Of a DNA stretch of 64,000 nt, positions 1 through 9,320 are shown one piece after another (position 1 is the first letter of the stretch; the number at the start of each line of letters is the position of its first letter). The stretch spans positions 1 to 64,000 of IMG/VR virus record IMGVR_UViG_3300045581_000900. One strand, 5' to 3'. The notes beneath the pieces are model-generated. The model ran no database searches, was not told the origin of the DNA, and saw only the letters and a list, made by a program, of their open reading frames with translations. Position numbers and translations under genes: made by a program. This DNA comes from a virus.

Positions 1-3000
1 TCGCAAATAACTTTCGGTTCGTAGAGCGGCGGCTTGGCGTAAACTTTTACGTCGTATTTGCAGTCGTCGTTCCCAGACGGAAGCACTTCAACACGGACGA
101 ACTCCTGCTGGAGGTCTGTGGTGCAAGCGTCAAGCCCTGCTTTGTCTGTGTAATAGCACGGGTTAATAAACCCCTCTACGCGGGTGAACGTGGGTACGCA
201 CGTTTCCTTTAGATACAGTGTCAGGTCGATATCAAATTCGCATGCGTCGCCGGGTCGGCGTTTGATTTCAATATAGCTCGGTCCCGGCGTCTCGACGTAA
301 GCTATTCCGACCTTGCTCTTAAAAAATAATGGGCACGCCTCAAGTAACTGCAGGTTTAGATCAAACGTGTACGAGCACGGGTCGCAGCCCAGTCGCGGCT
401 CGGGCGTGATTGTTAACTTGACGAATTCGTCGCCCGCCTTCACGCGGTTTACCGCAAACTGCTCCGCCTTTGGATTCATTTTGATGCATGGCACCGGCGG
501 CAACTGGATGTCAATCTCAAGCTCGGCGTTCCACCACGCAAGGCTGCCGCGATCGCACGCCCCGGCGAACAAGTCCGCCTGTCTTTTAAATACAAGCGAT
601 GCCGTGGAAATGGCAGGTATGCCGGGGCACCACGCTACATTAATTACTGGCTTGTTTGCCGTAATCGCCACCTCCGACACGAATCGTGGGATCGGGATGT
701 TGAGAGCCAAGTCAAAATAGAAAACGCACTGGTCCGGTGTTGTGCAGTTACCGGGAGTTACTTCCGGGATAACTTCAAAGACACCGCCGGGGACGCCGCA
801 ACCCTGCATGAACGTGTTGAGGAAAAGACTGGTGCCAAATGCGGGGCAGGGCGGCTTCGGAAGCGGGACATAGATTTCAAGCTCAAGGTCGAAATCGCAG
901 CAGCCCCGTTTCGGATCGTTTTTGCACGCCGGCGTGATCGAGAACTTGTTTTGGCTGCCCGAAAGACAGTCTTCGTACTTTGTCTCGACCTTAAACGTTT
1001 TGATTTTAAAGACCGGGCAGGGGATTACGATCTGCGGTACGGGCACGCAAATTTCAATATCTAATTCAAATTCGCAGTTGGACGGTCCGGTTGGTCCGGT
1101 GGCAGAGCCGCATGGAGGCGGGCCGGTTTTTTTCGTGATCGTGAAAACGTTGCAACTTGCCGGCGGTGTTACGTTAGGCGGCAGGCGGATGTAATTGACG
1201 GTTAAAGAACCGGTGATTTCGGGGCACGGTGGCTCAGGAATCGGCACCTCGATCCCGATTTCAAAATCAAACTCGCACCGCTCAAGTTCGTCGCAGGTAC
1301 AGGGAATGATGCGTCGTGTGATCGTAAAGCTGCTGCCGCTGCCTGTTAAACAACGTTTGTAGTCGCTCTTGACCTCGAACTTTTTAATTTTGATGTCAGG
1401 GCACGGAATCTTCGGGGCTGGAATGTTGATCTCCAGCGTCACATCAAAATCGCAGCCTTCGGGCGTGAGGTTGTCGCATTCGACTGGCTTGGGCGTCTTG
1501 GTAATAGAAAATTTGTTGCCTTTACCGCACGGGCCGGTAGCTCCCGTCGGCAAACATGTCGGATAGCCGACATTGACGCTGAAACCGGCCACGCGAATTT
1601 CAGGGCACGGCGGCTCCGGCAGCGGCACGACAATTTCAAGCTCTATGTCGAACTCGCAGCGTTCGAGTTCGTCGCACGTGCACGGGATGATTCGCGGGGT
1701 GATTTCAAACCGATTCTGCGGCGTGCCGGAGCCGCCGCTAGTTAAGCACTTTTCGTAGTCGCTTTTGACCTTGAACGTTTTGACGTTGAGGACCGGGCAC
1801 GGAATCTTGGGCGGCGGGATGCAGATTGCCAGTTCGACTTCGAAATCGCACTTTGGAGTTTTTTTATCCCCACAGGCGAGAACTTCTGTTTTACGTGTAA
1901 TAGTGAATTTGTTGCCGCAACCGCAAGTCTTTCCGGGGATGAACGGGAATACTGGCGGCGGAACGCAAACCGGGTAATTAACAACGACGTCAAACGATTT
2001 AACAGAAATTTCCGGGCACGGCGGTCTGGGGATCGGTACGTTGATTTCGAGTTCAATGTCGAAGTTGCACTCGCCAACCTCGTCAACGCAGTTCCCCGGC
2101 GGTACATGCCGCGTGACAATGACAAACCGGTTTTGCCCCTGAGCACAGTCGGCGTAGTCGCTCTTGACCTCAAACTTTTTGATGTTGATGACAGGGCACG
2201 GCGGGACAGGGATCGGGACATTGATTTCAAGCTCAATGTCGAACTCGCACCGCTCCAGTTCGTCGCAGGTGCATGGGATGATGCGGGGCGTGATTTCAAA
2301 TCTGTTTTTTCCGCCCTCCACGCACGGCGACTTGGCGTAACCTGTTTTGACCTCAAATTCTTTAATTTTGATGACAGGGCACGGAATCTTGGGCTGCGGA
2401 ATATTAATCTGCAGTTCGACGTCAAATTCGCATTCCGGCGGCCGAAGATCGCCACACTCTCTGGGTGTGTGCCTTTTCGTGATCGTAAACTTGTTCGGTA
2501 TGCCGCAGGCTTTGCCCGGGATCGGGGGCGGTTCGCACGTCGGGTAGTTGATCTTGACGTCGAACGTCTTTACTTCAATCTTCGGGCACGGCGGTCTGGG
2601 CAGCGGGATGTACACCTCCAGATCGACGTCGAATTTGCATTCGCCCGGATCGTCGCAGCCCTCTGGTTGTCGATGCCGCGGCGTGATCTCAAACCGATTT
2701 CGCCCGGTAGCACAGCCCTCGCTGTAGTCGCTGACGACTGAAAACGTGTTGACGGTAATCTCGGGGCACGGCGGCCTCGGGATAGGAACGACGATCTCAA
2801 GGTCGACGTCAAACTCGCAGGAGCCCGGGTCGTCGCAATTCTCGCCGGGTACGGTGCGGGAGCGAATCTCGAACCGGCTCTCGTCTTCCACGCACGGCTG
2901 ATCGGCGTAGCCGCTTTTGACTTTGAACTTGTCTACTTTGATGACCGGGCACGGTGGGGCCGGGATGCGAATTCCAACTTCAAGCTCGACGTCGAATTCG

Positions 3001-3305
3001 CAACTATTGGACTTCGCCGGGCACGAGTCGTCGATCTTCTTTTTGATCTCAAACTTTAACTTGTTTTCTACGCCGCAGTTATTAATTGTTTTGTCCGGCG
3101 TGCTGCCGAATCCGACGTCGAGCTTCGATTTGACGTTGAACTCGGGGCAGGGAATCTCTGGCTCGCGGGCTACGACCGGCAGCGGGCAGTCGAAGATCGG
3201 CCGCGGCGTCGGCTCGATATCGCAATCGGCGACGAATTTGAATACTGGCTTCTCGACCTTGCCGCCGATGCCGCACTTGTTGTCGGGGAAAAAGAATTCT
3301 GTCAT
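1..3305 (-). CDS. Cys/Pro-rich tandem-repeat protein, putative tail fibre/appendage (3' end runs off window, >1100 aa)
   Basis: ATG at 3305 (MTEFFFPDNKCGIGG...) just after the stop of the upstream gene. The same frame is open at the window edge (...CKYDVKVYAKPPLYEPKVIC). Missing from the ORF track, consistent with no stop in the window. ~60 aa repeats CEFDVDLEIxVPIPxPPCPxIxVxxFxV. Confidence 0.85.
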   Translation of the reverse strand, partial: MTEFFFPDNKCGIGGKVEKPVFKFVADCDIEPTPRPIFDCPLPVVAREPEIPCPEFNVKSKLDVGFGSTPDKTINNCGVENKLKFEIKKKIDDSCPAKSNSCEFDVELEVGIRIPAPPCPVIKVDKFKVKSGYADQPCVEDESRFEIRSRTVPGENCDDPGSCEFDVDLEIVVPIPRPPCPEITVNTFSVVSDYSEGCATGRNRFEITPRHRQPEGCDDPGECKFDVDLEVYIPLPRPPCPKIEVKTFDVKINYPTCEPPPIPGKACGIPNKFTITKRHTPRECGDLRPPECEFDVELQINIPQPKIPCPVIKIKEFEVKTGYAKSPCVEGGKNRFEITPRIIPCTCDELERCEFDIELEINVPIPVPPCPVINIKKFEVKSDYADCAQGQNRFVIVTRHVPPGNCVDEVGECNFDIELEINVPIPRPPCPEISVKSFDVVVNYPVCVPPPVFPFIPGKTCGCGNKFTITRKTEVLACGDKKTPKCDFEVELAICIPPPKIPCPVLNVKTFKVKSDYEKCLTSGGSGTPQNRFEITPRIIPCTCDELERCEFDIELEIVVPLPEPPCPEIRVAGFSVNVGYPTCLPTGATGPCGKGNKFSITKTPKPVECDNLTPEGCDFDVTLEINIPAPKIPCPDIKIKKFEVKSDYKRCLTGSGSSFTITRRIIPCTCDELERCEFDFEIGIEVPIPEPPCPEITGSLTVNYIRLPPNVTPPASCNVFTITKKTGPPPCGSATGPTGPSNCEFELDIEICVPVPQIVIPCPVFKIKTFKVETKYEDCLSGSQNKFSITPACKNDPKRGCCDFDLELEIYVPLPKPPCPAFGTSLFLNTFMQGCGVPGGVFEVIPEVTPGNCTTPDQCVFYFDLALNIPIPRFVSEVAITANKPVINVAWCPGIPAISTASLVFKRQADLFAGACDRGSLAWWNAELEIDIQLPPVPCIKMNPKAEQFAVNRVKAGDEFVKLTITPEPRLGCDPCSYTFDLNLQLLEACPLFFKSKVGIAYVETPGPSYIEIKRRPGDACEFDIDLTLYLKETCVPTFTRVEGFINPCYYTDKAGLDACTTDLQQEFVRVEVLPSGNDDCKYDVKVYAKPPLYEPKVIC
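540..3160 (-). repeat. About 14 degenerate ~180-220 bp coding repeats
   Basis: Recurring GGGCACGG/GGGCAGGG (Pro-Cys-Pro codons) near 565, 845, 1017, 1222, 1400, 1602, 1795, 2015, 2194, 2377, 2584, 2764, 2947, 3144. Confidence 0.85.
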
Positions 3306-3313
3306 GGTGCGGC

Positions 3314-4228
3314 TCAGCAGTTCCCGGCGATAGACGTCGCCGACAGGTCGATAAAGATAGTGTTCGTTTCCGGGTCGGCTGTAATTTCAACGCCCGTACC
3401 GCCTACGATATTAACGTCTGGCCCCGAGACGCCGTTAATCGCGTTGACAAGCTCATCACAAGCCGGGCCGCCGCTCAAGAACTTGCTACCGGCTGGCGGC
3501 TGTTCGTTGGCGTAGAACGGAATTTCTCCGTATGTCTTGCAGATATCGGCGTCGAACGGCATGCCTAGATTTCGGCCAGCGGAGATGGCGATCTCGCGGG
3601 ACAACTGCCGTTGCCGAATCTGAGCGTTGTAGCCTTCTTTGAAACGAATATCGCCGGTCACACAGCGTTTATTAATGACAACGTAACGGCTGCTGGTATC
3701 CGGCGGGTCACAGGCCGACTGAGCCATTGGTCGGGACAGATTGCCCAGCGAGATGGTCCGTAAATACGTTTTTACGAGACTTTGAATTCGAGCCGGCTCC
3801 AAGATGTAATTTTGCTCTAAAGTCAGGCTGCCGTTGGCCGGCAGGGCTGCTTGAAGCTCTGTCAGCGGCCCGGTGACTAAAAAACCCGACCAGACAGGCT
3901 CGACGGCACAACTGTTAATGTCTTTGACGTACGGGGCCGATTCTGCGTCTTCTGTCAGCCACTCTTCGGCATTTACGTCGCGGCGGAAAATTAGCGGATT
4001 GTTGGCGGCACCGGGAGCATCAGTATCGAACTCGAACTCAAACACGTTATCCACGCGGCGGACGGTTTTCAGCCAGACGGAATGCTGCTGTCCGTCAAAC
4101 TCGCTGTCGAGCCCCATAATAATGCCGCAGTCGACAATGGAGGAATTGGGGAGCGTTGTCACATTCGGTTTAAACACGAACGGATACGCTCGGTATTCGT
4201 TGTCGTTGTAGAATCCGGGACGAGGCAT
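3314..4228 (-). CDS. Tail/baseplate-associated protein, YP[FL]...INGV paralogue family
   Basis: 304 aa; N-terminal FYNDNEYRAYPF, C-terminal VNAINGVSGPDVNI; tightly packed operon. Confidence 0.65.
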   Translation of the reverse strand: MPRPGFYNDNEYRAYPFVFKPNVTTLPNSSIVDCGIIMGLDSEFDGQQHSVWLKTVRRVDNVFEFEFDTDAPGAANNPLIFRRDVNAEEWLTEDAESAPYVKDINSCAVEPVWSGFLVTGPLTELQAALPANGSLTLEQNYILEPARIQSLVKTYLRTISLGNLSRPMAQSACDPPDTSSRYVVINKRCVTGDIRFKEGYNAQIRQRQLSREIAISAGRNLGMPFDADICKTYGEIPFYANEQPPAGSKFLSGGPACDELVNAINGVSGPDVNIVGGTGVEITADPETNTIFIDLSATSIAGNC

Positions 4229-4229
4229 G

Positions 4230-5024
4230 TTAAACCACCTTTCGGCCGATTGCGTCTATAAAAATTATGCCCTCGCCCTGTGATACACGCAACACGGTGT
4301 CTTCTACCTGTTGGCCGGTCGCGGTCAGCGTAAAGTTGCCATATTCGTCCGGCGGACAGTTGTTTATAGTGCGGACGAAGTTTTTCGACTGGAACCTGTC
4401 GAACGGAATGCATTGGTAGCGTTGGAACAACGGCAAGCCCGTGATGTCGACGCGGATAATCTGTTTGCCGTCCTTCACGCCCTCATGCCGAAACGTTACG
4501 CCGCCGTCGCCGATCAGCCAGATATCGCCGGTCATCAGGTTTTGCGTGGACGTTGTTTTTACGCCTCGCACGCCGGGCTCATTAGCCGGAATTACCGTTG
4601 TTGCGACGAACTCGGTCTCGGCGACGTCAAACTCGTAAACGCCAACGGCCCAGCCAGCGAACAAAGCGAGCTTTTCTGCCGTGGCTACAATCATTCCCGC
4701 GGGCCGACCAAACGGGTCGAATATCTGTAAGGCCCCGGTCTGCGTATCCTGCACGGGCGAAGGAGCAAACGACGTGGAAGCGACGTTGATATTAAACGCG
4801 TCACTAAAGTTAATGATTACGTTTTGCGTGGTGACCGCAATCGACGAGATATGAATGCGGCTCGTGGCGTCGATAATGTGAAACACGGCGTCGATAAACG
4901 TATCCCGCTCGACCTGCACAGTGCCGTCTGTCGACACGAGCGTTGCCGTGTCGACGAACGGATAGCGGGAGTCCTTCTGCTCCTCGCGAAAGTCGGGAAA
5001 TAGAATGCGTGTTCCGTCGCTCAT
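4230..5024 (-). CDS. Tail/baseplate-associated protein, same paralogue family
   Basis: 264 aa; EEQKDSRYPF and VRTINNCPPDEYGNFTL motifs. Confidence 0.65.
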   Translation of the reverse strand: MSDGTRILFPDFREEQKDSRYPFVDTATLVSTDGTVQVERDTFIDAVFHIIDATSRIHISSIAVTTQNVIINFSDAFNINVASTSFAPSPVQDTQTGALQIFDPFGRPAGMIVATAEKLALFAGWAVGVYEFDVAETEFVATTVIPANEPGVRGVKTTSTQNLMTGDIWLIGDGGVTFRHEGVKDGKQIIRVDITGLPLFQRYQCIPFDRFQSKNFVRTINNCPPDEYGNFTLTATGQQVEDTVLRVSQGEGIIFIDAIGRKVV

Positions 5025-6715
5025 AACGCCGTAATCTCAAATTTGTTAAAGTAGGTCGTGGCCGCGTTGGCAATGATGCCGGATCGCCCGTTCACAATTT
5101 CATATTCATTTACGTTTGTGATGAGTGTGGCGACAGACAGTCCGGTCGTCACGTTGTCGAGCGTGGCCGTGATCGTGGCGGTGCCGTTCGTGCCCGTCGC
5201 GTAGGCCGATACGCGATACCAGTTACCGGCAACATGCGTAATTGGCGTCGAACTCTCTTTGATGAGCAGCGTGCCATCAAACCTGTAAAGCTGTAGCTCA
5301 GCCGCCGCGGCGTCAACCAGAACAGCGAAATACTTCGACCGGCACCGACCAAACTCGGTGACACGGATGTAGTTCAGGATAATGCCGCCGTTTTGACGTA
5401 GCCCGCCCGGTTTAATCCGCAACTCTGTTGATACCGTCTTGTCGTAGGCCCAGTCGCCAGCACATGTTTTATACAGAGCGATATTCAACCCGGCATTGTT
5501 CGACGACAGCCAGACGTTGTGGTTTGAGAGCGTATTGTCGTTTTCCCCGGGCGGGCAGCATACGGGCGGAGCGATAATCAACGAGTTTTTAAATGAGCCC
5601 GCTGCAATAACAAATTCTTCTGGTTCGACAGGCGTGTCGGTTCCGCATTCTTGGCAGGCGTTGAAAGAAGCACAGAGCGGCAGTTCGGCACACTGGAATC
5701 CGACAAGCCATTCGTCGGGATTGTCTGAGCTTGGGGCTCCCGAGTTAAAATTCGGGTCGGTGCAATCTTGGTTAGCCGTGTCGGTGTTTGCGTCTGGCCA
5801 GCAGTATTCGCTTACGCCGTCGTCGTTTTCGCACGGGCAGTCATCTTTGCGTTTCTTTTCGCTGTCCGGGACGCGATTGCAGACAAGCGTCAGGCCGAGG
5901 TCTGTCAGGATGTCGATCCCGCCGCATTCTTCAAACGGCAAACCGTTTAGGCCGCCGCGGAACACGAGATTGATGTTGCCTGTTTCGCAGTCGGGCTCGA
6001 TGCCATTGATTCGCTCCAATGGCGTCTTGTTGCAGGTTCCGCTTTCTGGTCGCTGCGAGCAGGGGGCGAGAAAGAACGTTTGCGGATTAAACTGTGCCGT
6101 TGGGGCGTCGGTTGAAAAGACGATGGCTTGCACGGGGAGCGTATTCGTCTCACCCGTTTCTGGGTCGTATTTGGGTAGCGTGTAGTTCTGGTGGTACGTC
6201 GCCGTCACCGGACTCTCGGCGACAATGTTGACAATACCCTGCAAGTACTCCGACACCGTGTCTTTCCCCAGCGACGGAATAGGCAGCGGGGCGTACGGGC
6301 GGGCGTTTCGCAAACCAATGAACGTCTGCCGCGGAGTCGAGTATCGCCCTACGAATGCTGTGTCGATTCCGGGCCCAAAAGCAATCCAGCCGCTCAAGCT
6401 GGGAACAAACGCCGTTAACGGTTCGTTTACGTTTCTGGCGGCCGGCTTCTCGACCGTCACGGCAGCAACCGTCGGGCAGTTTGTGTCGTCGAGATCGGCA
6501 GCAGCCCCGATGACAACTGTGATTAAACTCGGCGTGACGTTGATGCCCTGAATAAACAGATATTTACCGACACCAGCAGGATAGCGAATGTGGCAATCGA
6601 CAATGATGTCGTCGCGGATCGGCACACCGGAGTCGTCCTCGCCTGTTGTCTTGTCATCCAACGGGTAGCGACGGGTGGCCTGCAGGTTGTACCAGTTTTG
6701 ATTGCGAATCGGCAT
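5021..6715 (-). CDS. Cys-rich tail protein, same family, with C-terminal beta-sandwich (lectin-like) domain
   Basis: Start moved to ATG 6715 (MPIRNQNWYNLQATRRYPL), immediately after the upstream stop. LERINGIEPDCETGNINL motif; beta-rich C-terminus (GNWYRVSA...SGII...YFNKFEI). Confidence 0.65.
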   Translation of the reverse strand: MPIRNQNWYNLQATRRYPLDDKTTGEDDSGVPIRDDIIVDCHIRYPAGVGKYLFIQGINVTPSLITVVIGAAADLDDTNCPTVAAVTVEKPAARNVNEPLTAFVPSLSGWIAFGPGIDTAFVGRYSTPRQTFIGLRNARPYAPLPIPSLGKDTVSEYLQGIVNIVAESPVTATYHQNYTLPKYDPETGETNTLPVQAIVFSTDAPTAQFNPQTFFLAPCSQRPESGTCNKTPLERINGIEPDCETGNINLVFRGGLNGLPFEECGGIDILTDLGLTLVCNRVPDSEKKRKDDCPCENDDGVSEYCWPDANTDTANQDCTDPNFNSGAPSSDNPDEWLVGFQCAELPLCASFNACQECGTDTPVEPEEFVIAAGSFKNSLIIAPPVCCPPGENDNTLSNHNVWLSSNNAGLNIALYKTCAGDWAYDKTVSTELRIKPGGLRQNGGIILNYIRVTEFGRCRSKYFAVLVDAAAAELQLYRFDGTLLIKESSTPITHVAGNWYRVSAYATGTNGTATITATLDNVTTGLSVATLITNVNEYEIVNGRSGIIANAATTYFNKFEITAL

Positions 6716-6716
6716 G

Positions 6717-8363
6717 TTAACTCTCGCAATCGAGGATTTGGTTGGCTGTGGCCACGGCGATCGGTACGTTGCCTTCGCACCCGGCAAGAATGGGGCCGGT
6801 ACTCTTTATGCCGGTCAGCGTACCTTGTATAGCGTACGGATATGCCGGGCAAAAACACAGCCTGAATTTAACGTACACCGATGAGCCCGATTTAACGGTT
6901 GGAAAGTCGGCGGAGAAGACTGGCCAGCCGCCGTTCACAACTGCGGGCACGCTATAACCAGCCCCGACCAGTTCTGTGTATCGCGGGTCGATGGTGCCGG
7001 AGCCGCCGCCGGGAGAACTTGTAAAGGAGATAGTCAGCCGCACGTTTTCGGCACAATCGTCGCACTGATTGCAGTACATGGCGACGACGTCTACGCACGG
7101 GCAGGGCTGGGTCACTAGCAGCAGCCGAAGCGGCTTACTTAGGCGACAAGCCCGCTGGTCATTCCACCGCTGGATGTTTTGTTGATGTAAAGCCTGCAGG
7201 CCCGCCACCCGCTCGCCGATGATCTCGTACTGCTTGGCGACCTTTGTGAGGTACTTTGCCGTCTCGACATAATCTTCGCAGGCACAGCACGGCCCGCAGT
7301 CGCCGCCGATGTGCATCACGGGCCGGATTTCTTGTCCGTTGACGGTATAGGTGTTTCTAGGCTTGTTGTTGATATATGTCGCCGGCTTCCTGATGAACAG
7401 GCAGTCGGTGGCGTTAAGGCTGATATTGCCGTTTTTGTCTGGTGGCACGCCATTTAGGGTTTTGATGCTTTCGCCGGGCTCTTCTTTGCAGATATTCACA
7501 ACAACGTCTTGGCCGGGCTCGCACACGCCGGTGGGCTGGTCTTCTTCGCACACGCCGGTGGCACAGATGCCATACTGGCCCTTCCCGGCCCCCGCAGCCA
7601 CACGGAAGCCGATGTTGGTGTTTTTACGCAGCGTTGTTGTCAATGTCGGCACGCCAGTCAGAAGCGTGGCCGACTCGCCGATGGTCAGTTCCGTGTTATG
7701 CCCGTTAACGAACGTGACCTTGTTGTGAAACCAGTCCGAGACGCAGTTGCCTGTTTGCACCCGCATCGCCAGCACGCGTTTGGGGATTTTTTCGATGGTG
7801 CGTTCGTCCAGCACGGCGTTCCGCGGGCAGAACGAGATGGGTCGTTCGGGGATAGTCGTGTTTGTGTGCAGATGCAGAAACTGCACGACCCGGCAGATAG
7901 TTCGCTGCTGCTTCCGATAGTCCGTCGGTTTTTCGTTCCGCCGCCACTCGATGATTCGGTAATGATCGCCCCAGATTGTTGTGTCGTCGTACTCGTCAGC
8001 CTGCGTCGAGTCGAACACGACGCGATTCTGGCTGTCGACGACGATTAAATCTTTGGCGTGCGTGGCCGTCGGGATCGGCACCTCTGGCACAGGATTCTGC
8101 CCGCTTGAAAACTCAGGCCCGTTCCCGAAGCCGTAAAGCCAATACACCCGCAGCGGATTTACGTTTCCCGGCTCTGACCAGTAATAGCCGCGGTCGTCGT
8201 AAGACAGGTAGAAATCGGCGAACAGTTCGCGGACGTCGAGCAGGAACGTTGGATTGGCGTTTAGCCCCGGCGAGACAAACGGGTAGTCTAGCCCGCTTTG
8301 CGGTTGTACAACGCCAATACCCAAGCCGGCGTTATCTTCTTCATTGGTTTGCTGGGGCGACAT
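6717..8363 (-). CDS. Cys-rich tail protein, same family
   Basis: 548 aa; SGLDYPF, IKTLNGVPPDKNGNISL, CGPCCACED followed by a coiled-coil-like stretch. Confidence 0.65.
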   Translation of the reverse strand: MSPQQTNEEDNAGLGIGVVQPQSGLDYPFVSPGLNANPTFLLDVRELFADFYLSYDDRGYYWSEPGNVNPLRVYWLYGFGNGPEFSSGQNPVPEVPIPTATHAKDLIVVDSQNRVVFDSTQADEYDDTTIWGDHYRIIEWRRNEKPTDYRKQQRTICRVVQFLHLHTNTTIPERPISFCPRNAVLDERTIEKIPKRVLAMRVQTGNCVSDWFHNKVTFVNGHNTELTIGESATLLTGVPTLTTTLRKNTNIGFRVAAGAGKGQYGICATGVCEEDQPTGVCEPGQDVVVNICKEEPGESIKTLNGVPPDKNGNISLNATDCLFIRKPATYINNKPRNTYTVNGQEIRPVMHIGGDCGPCCACEDYVETAKYLTKVAKQYEIIGERVAGLQALHQQNIQRWNDQRACRLSKPLRLLLVTQPCPCVDVVAMYCNQCDDCAENVRLTISFTSSPGGGSGTIDPRYTELVGAGYSVPAVVNGGWPVFSADFPTVKSGSSVYVKFRLCFCPAYPYAIQGTLTGIKSTGPILAGCEGNVPIAVATANQILDCES

Positions 8364-8371
8364 GGTTCACC

Positions 8372-9313
8372 TTATGTGCCGCAGCCTGTGTCGCCGAGCT
8401 TGCTGCCGAGCACCACAAGCGACATCTGCGTGACTTCGGCACCAAGGCGGCTGACGAAATTCTGAAGCGTAGTTACGCCGTCTGCGAACCGGTCGATTTG
8501 CGTGGAAAGCTCGTCAAGTTCCACGCAGCCGCAGCATGGTTGGGCACACGTGTCCGCAAGCGACAGGCTGTTTCGGCCCGGCGTGATGTCAATGCACTCG
8601 TTTGCCACGATAGTGAACGTACCGTTATCGCTGCAGACGCCGTTGATGCAGCGAATGCACTCGCCCTCCGCGGGCGTGGGGCAGATGCAGTCTGCGTTTA
8701 GGTTGAGGCCAGAAATAGCATCAAAGATGATTTTTGTATCTTCCGCGGTGCGAGCGATGCTGATACGGACGTTCGTGCCGGCTACTAGCGTCACGTCGCC
8801 GTAGACGTACTCGCTGGCCTGATTGTTGTTGTTTACGCGGATGCGGGAAATGCCGCGGATATTTGGCCGGATTACGTCCGCTTCAAGAGCACCGGCTTCC
8901 GGCTCGAACGTGTAATAGCCGGGCGGAAGCTTATCGACCTCGTCTACGTTGCCGATGACGACGTGCCCGATCGTGTCGTCAAACTCGTCGATACCGCCGA
9001 GGGCATACGAACGGTTGGGGATAAAGTTTGACCGGGCAATGTTAGCCGCCGCCACATCTCGGGTTACGCCGCCGCCCTCGTCATACCCCACGGTGATGTT
9101 AAAACCGGTCGGGCTGATTAAAACGTTTTTGACGAAGAACTTGCTGGTGTCGATGTCCAGCGTAGCACTGATCGGCAGGTACATGGCAACAATGAAGCTG
9201 TCGGGCAGCCTGATGTTGCCGAGGCGGTCGACTTTGGTGGCCCAACTGGTAAGCGGGTACGAACGCTGCGAGTTATGGTTGAGCCACTGTAGATTCCAAT
9301 TTCCGATTGGCAT
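8372..9313 (-). CDS. Cys-rich tail protein, same family
   Basis: 313 aa; WLNHNSQRSYPL, IRCINGVCSDNGTFTI, CAQPCCGC then coiled-coil-like end; AGGTGA RBS. Confidence 0.65.
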   Translation of the reverse strand: MPIGNWNLQWLNHNSQRSYPLTSWATKVDRLGNIRLPDSFIVAMYLPISATLDIDTSKFFVKNVLISPTGFNITVGYDEGGGVTRDVAAANIARSNFIPNRSYALGGIDEFDDTIGHVVIGNVDEVDKLPPGYYTFEPEAGALEADVIRPNIRGISRIRVNNNNQASEYVYGDVTLVAGTNVRISIARTAEDTKIIFDAISGLNLNADCICPTPAEGECIRCINGVCSDNGTFTIVANECIDITPGRNSLSLADTCAQPCCGCVELDELSTQIDRFADGVTTLQNFVSRLGAEVTQMSLVVLGSKLGDTGCGT

Positions 9314-9320
9314 GGCTCAC

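Noticed and set aside
540-3160. Repeats as a CRISPR array or DGR template/variable pair
   Set aside because: Repeats are degenerate, in-frame and protein-coding; no cas or reverse transcriptase gene in the window
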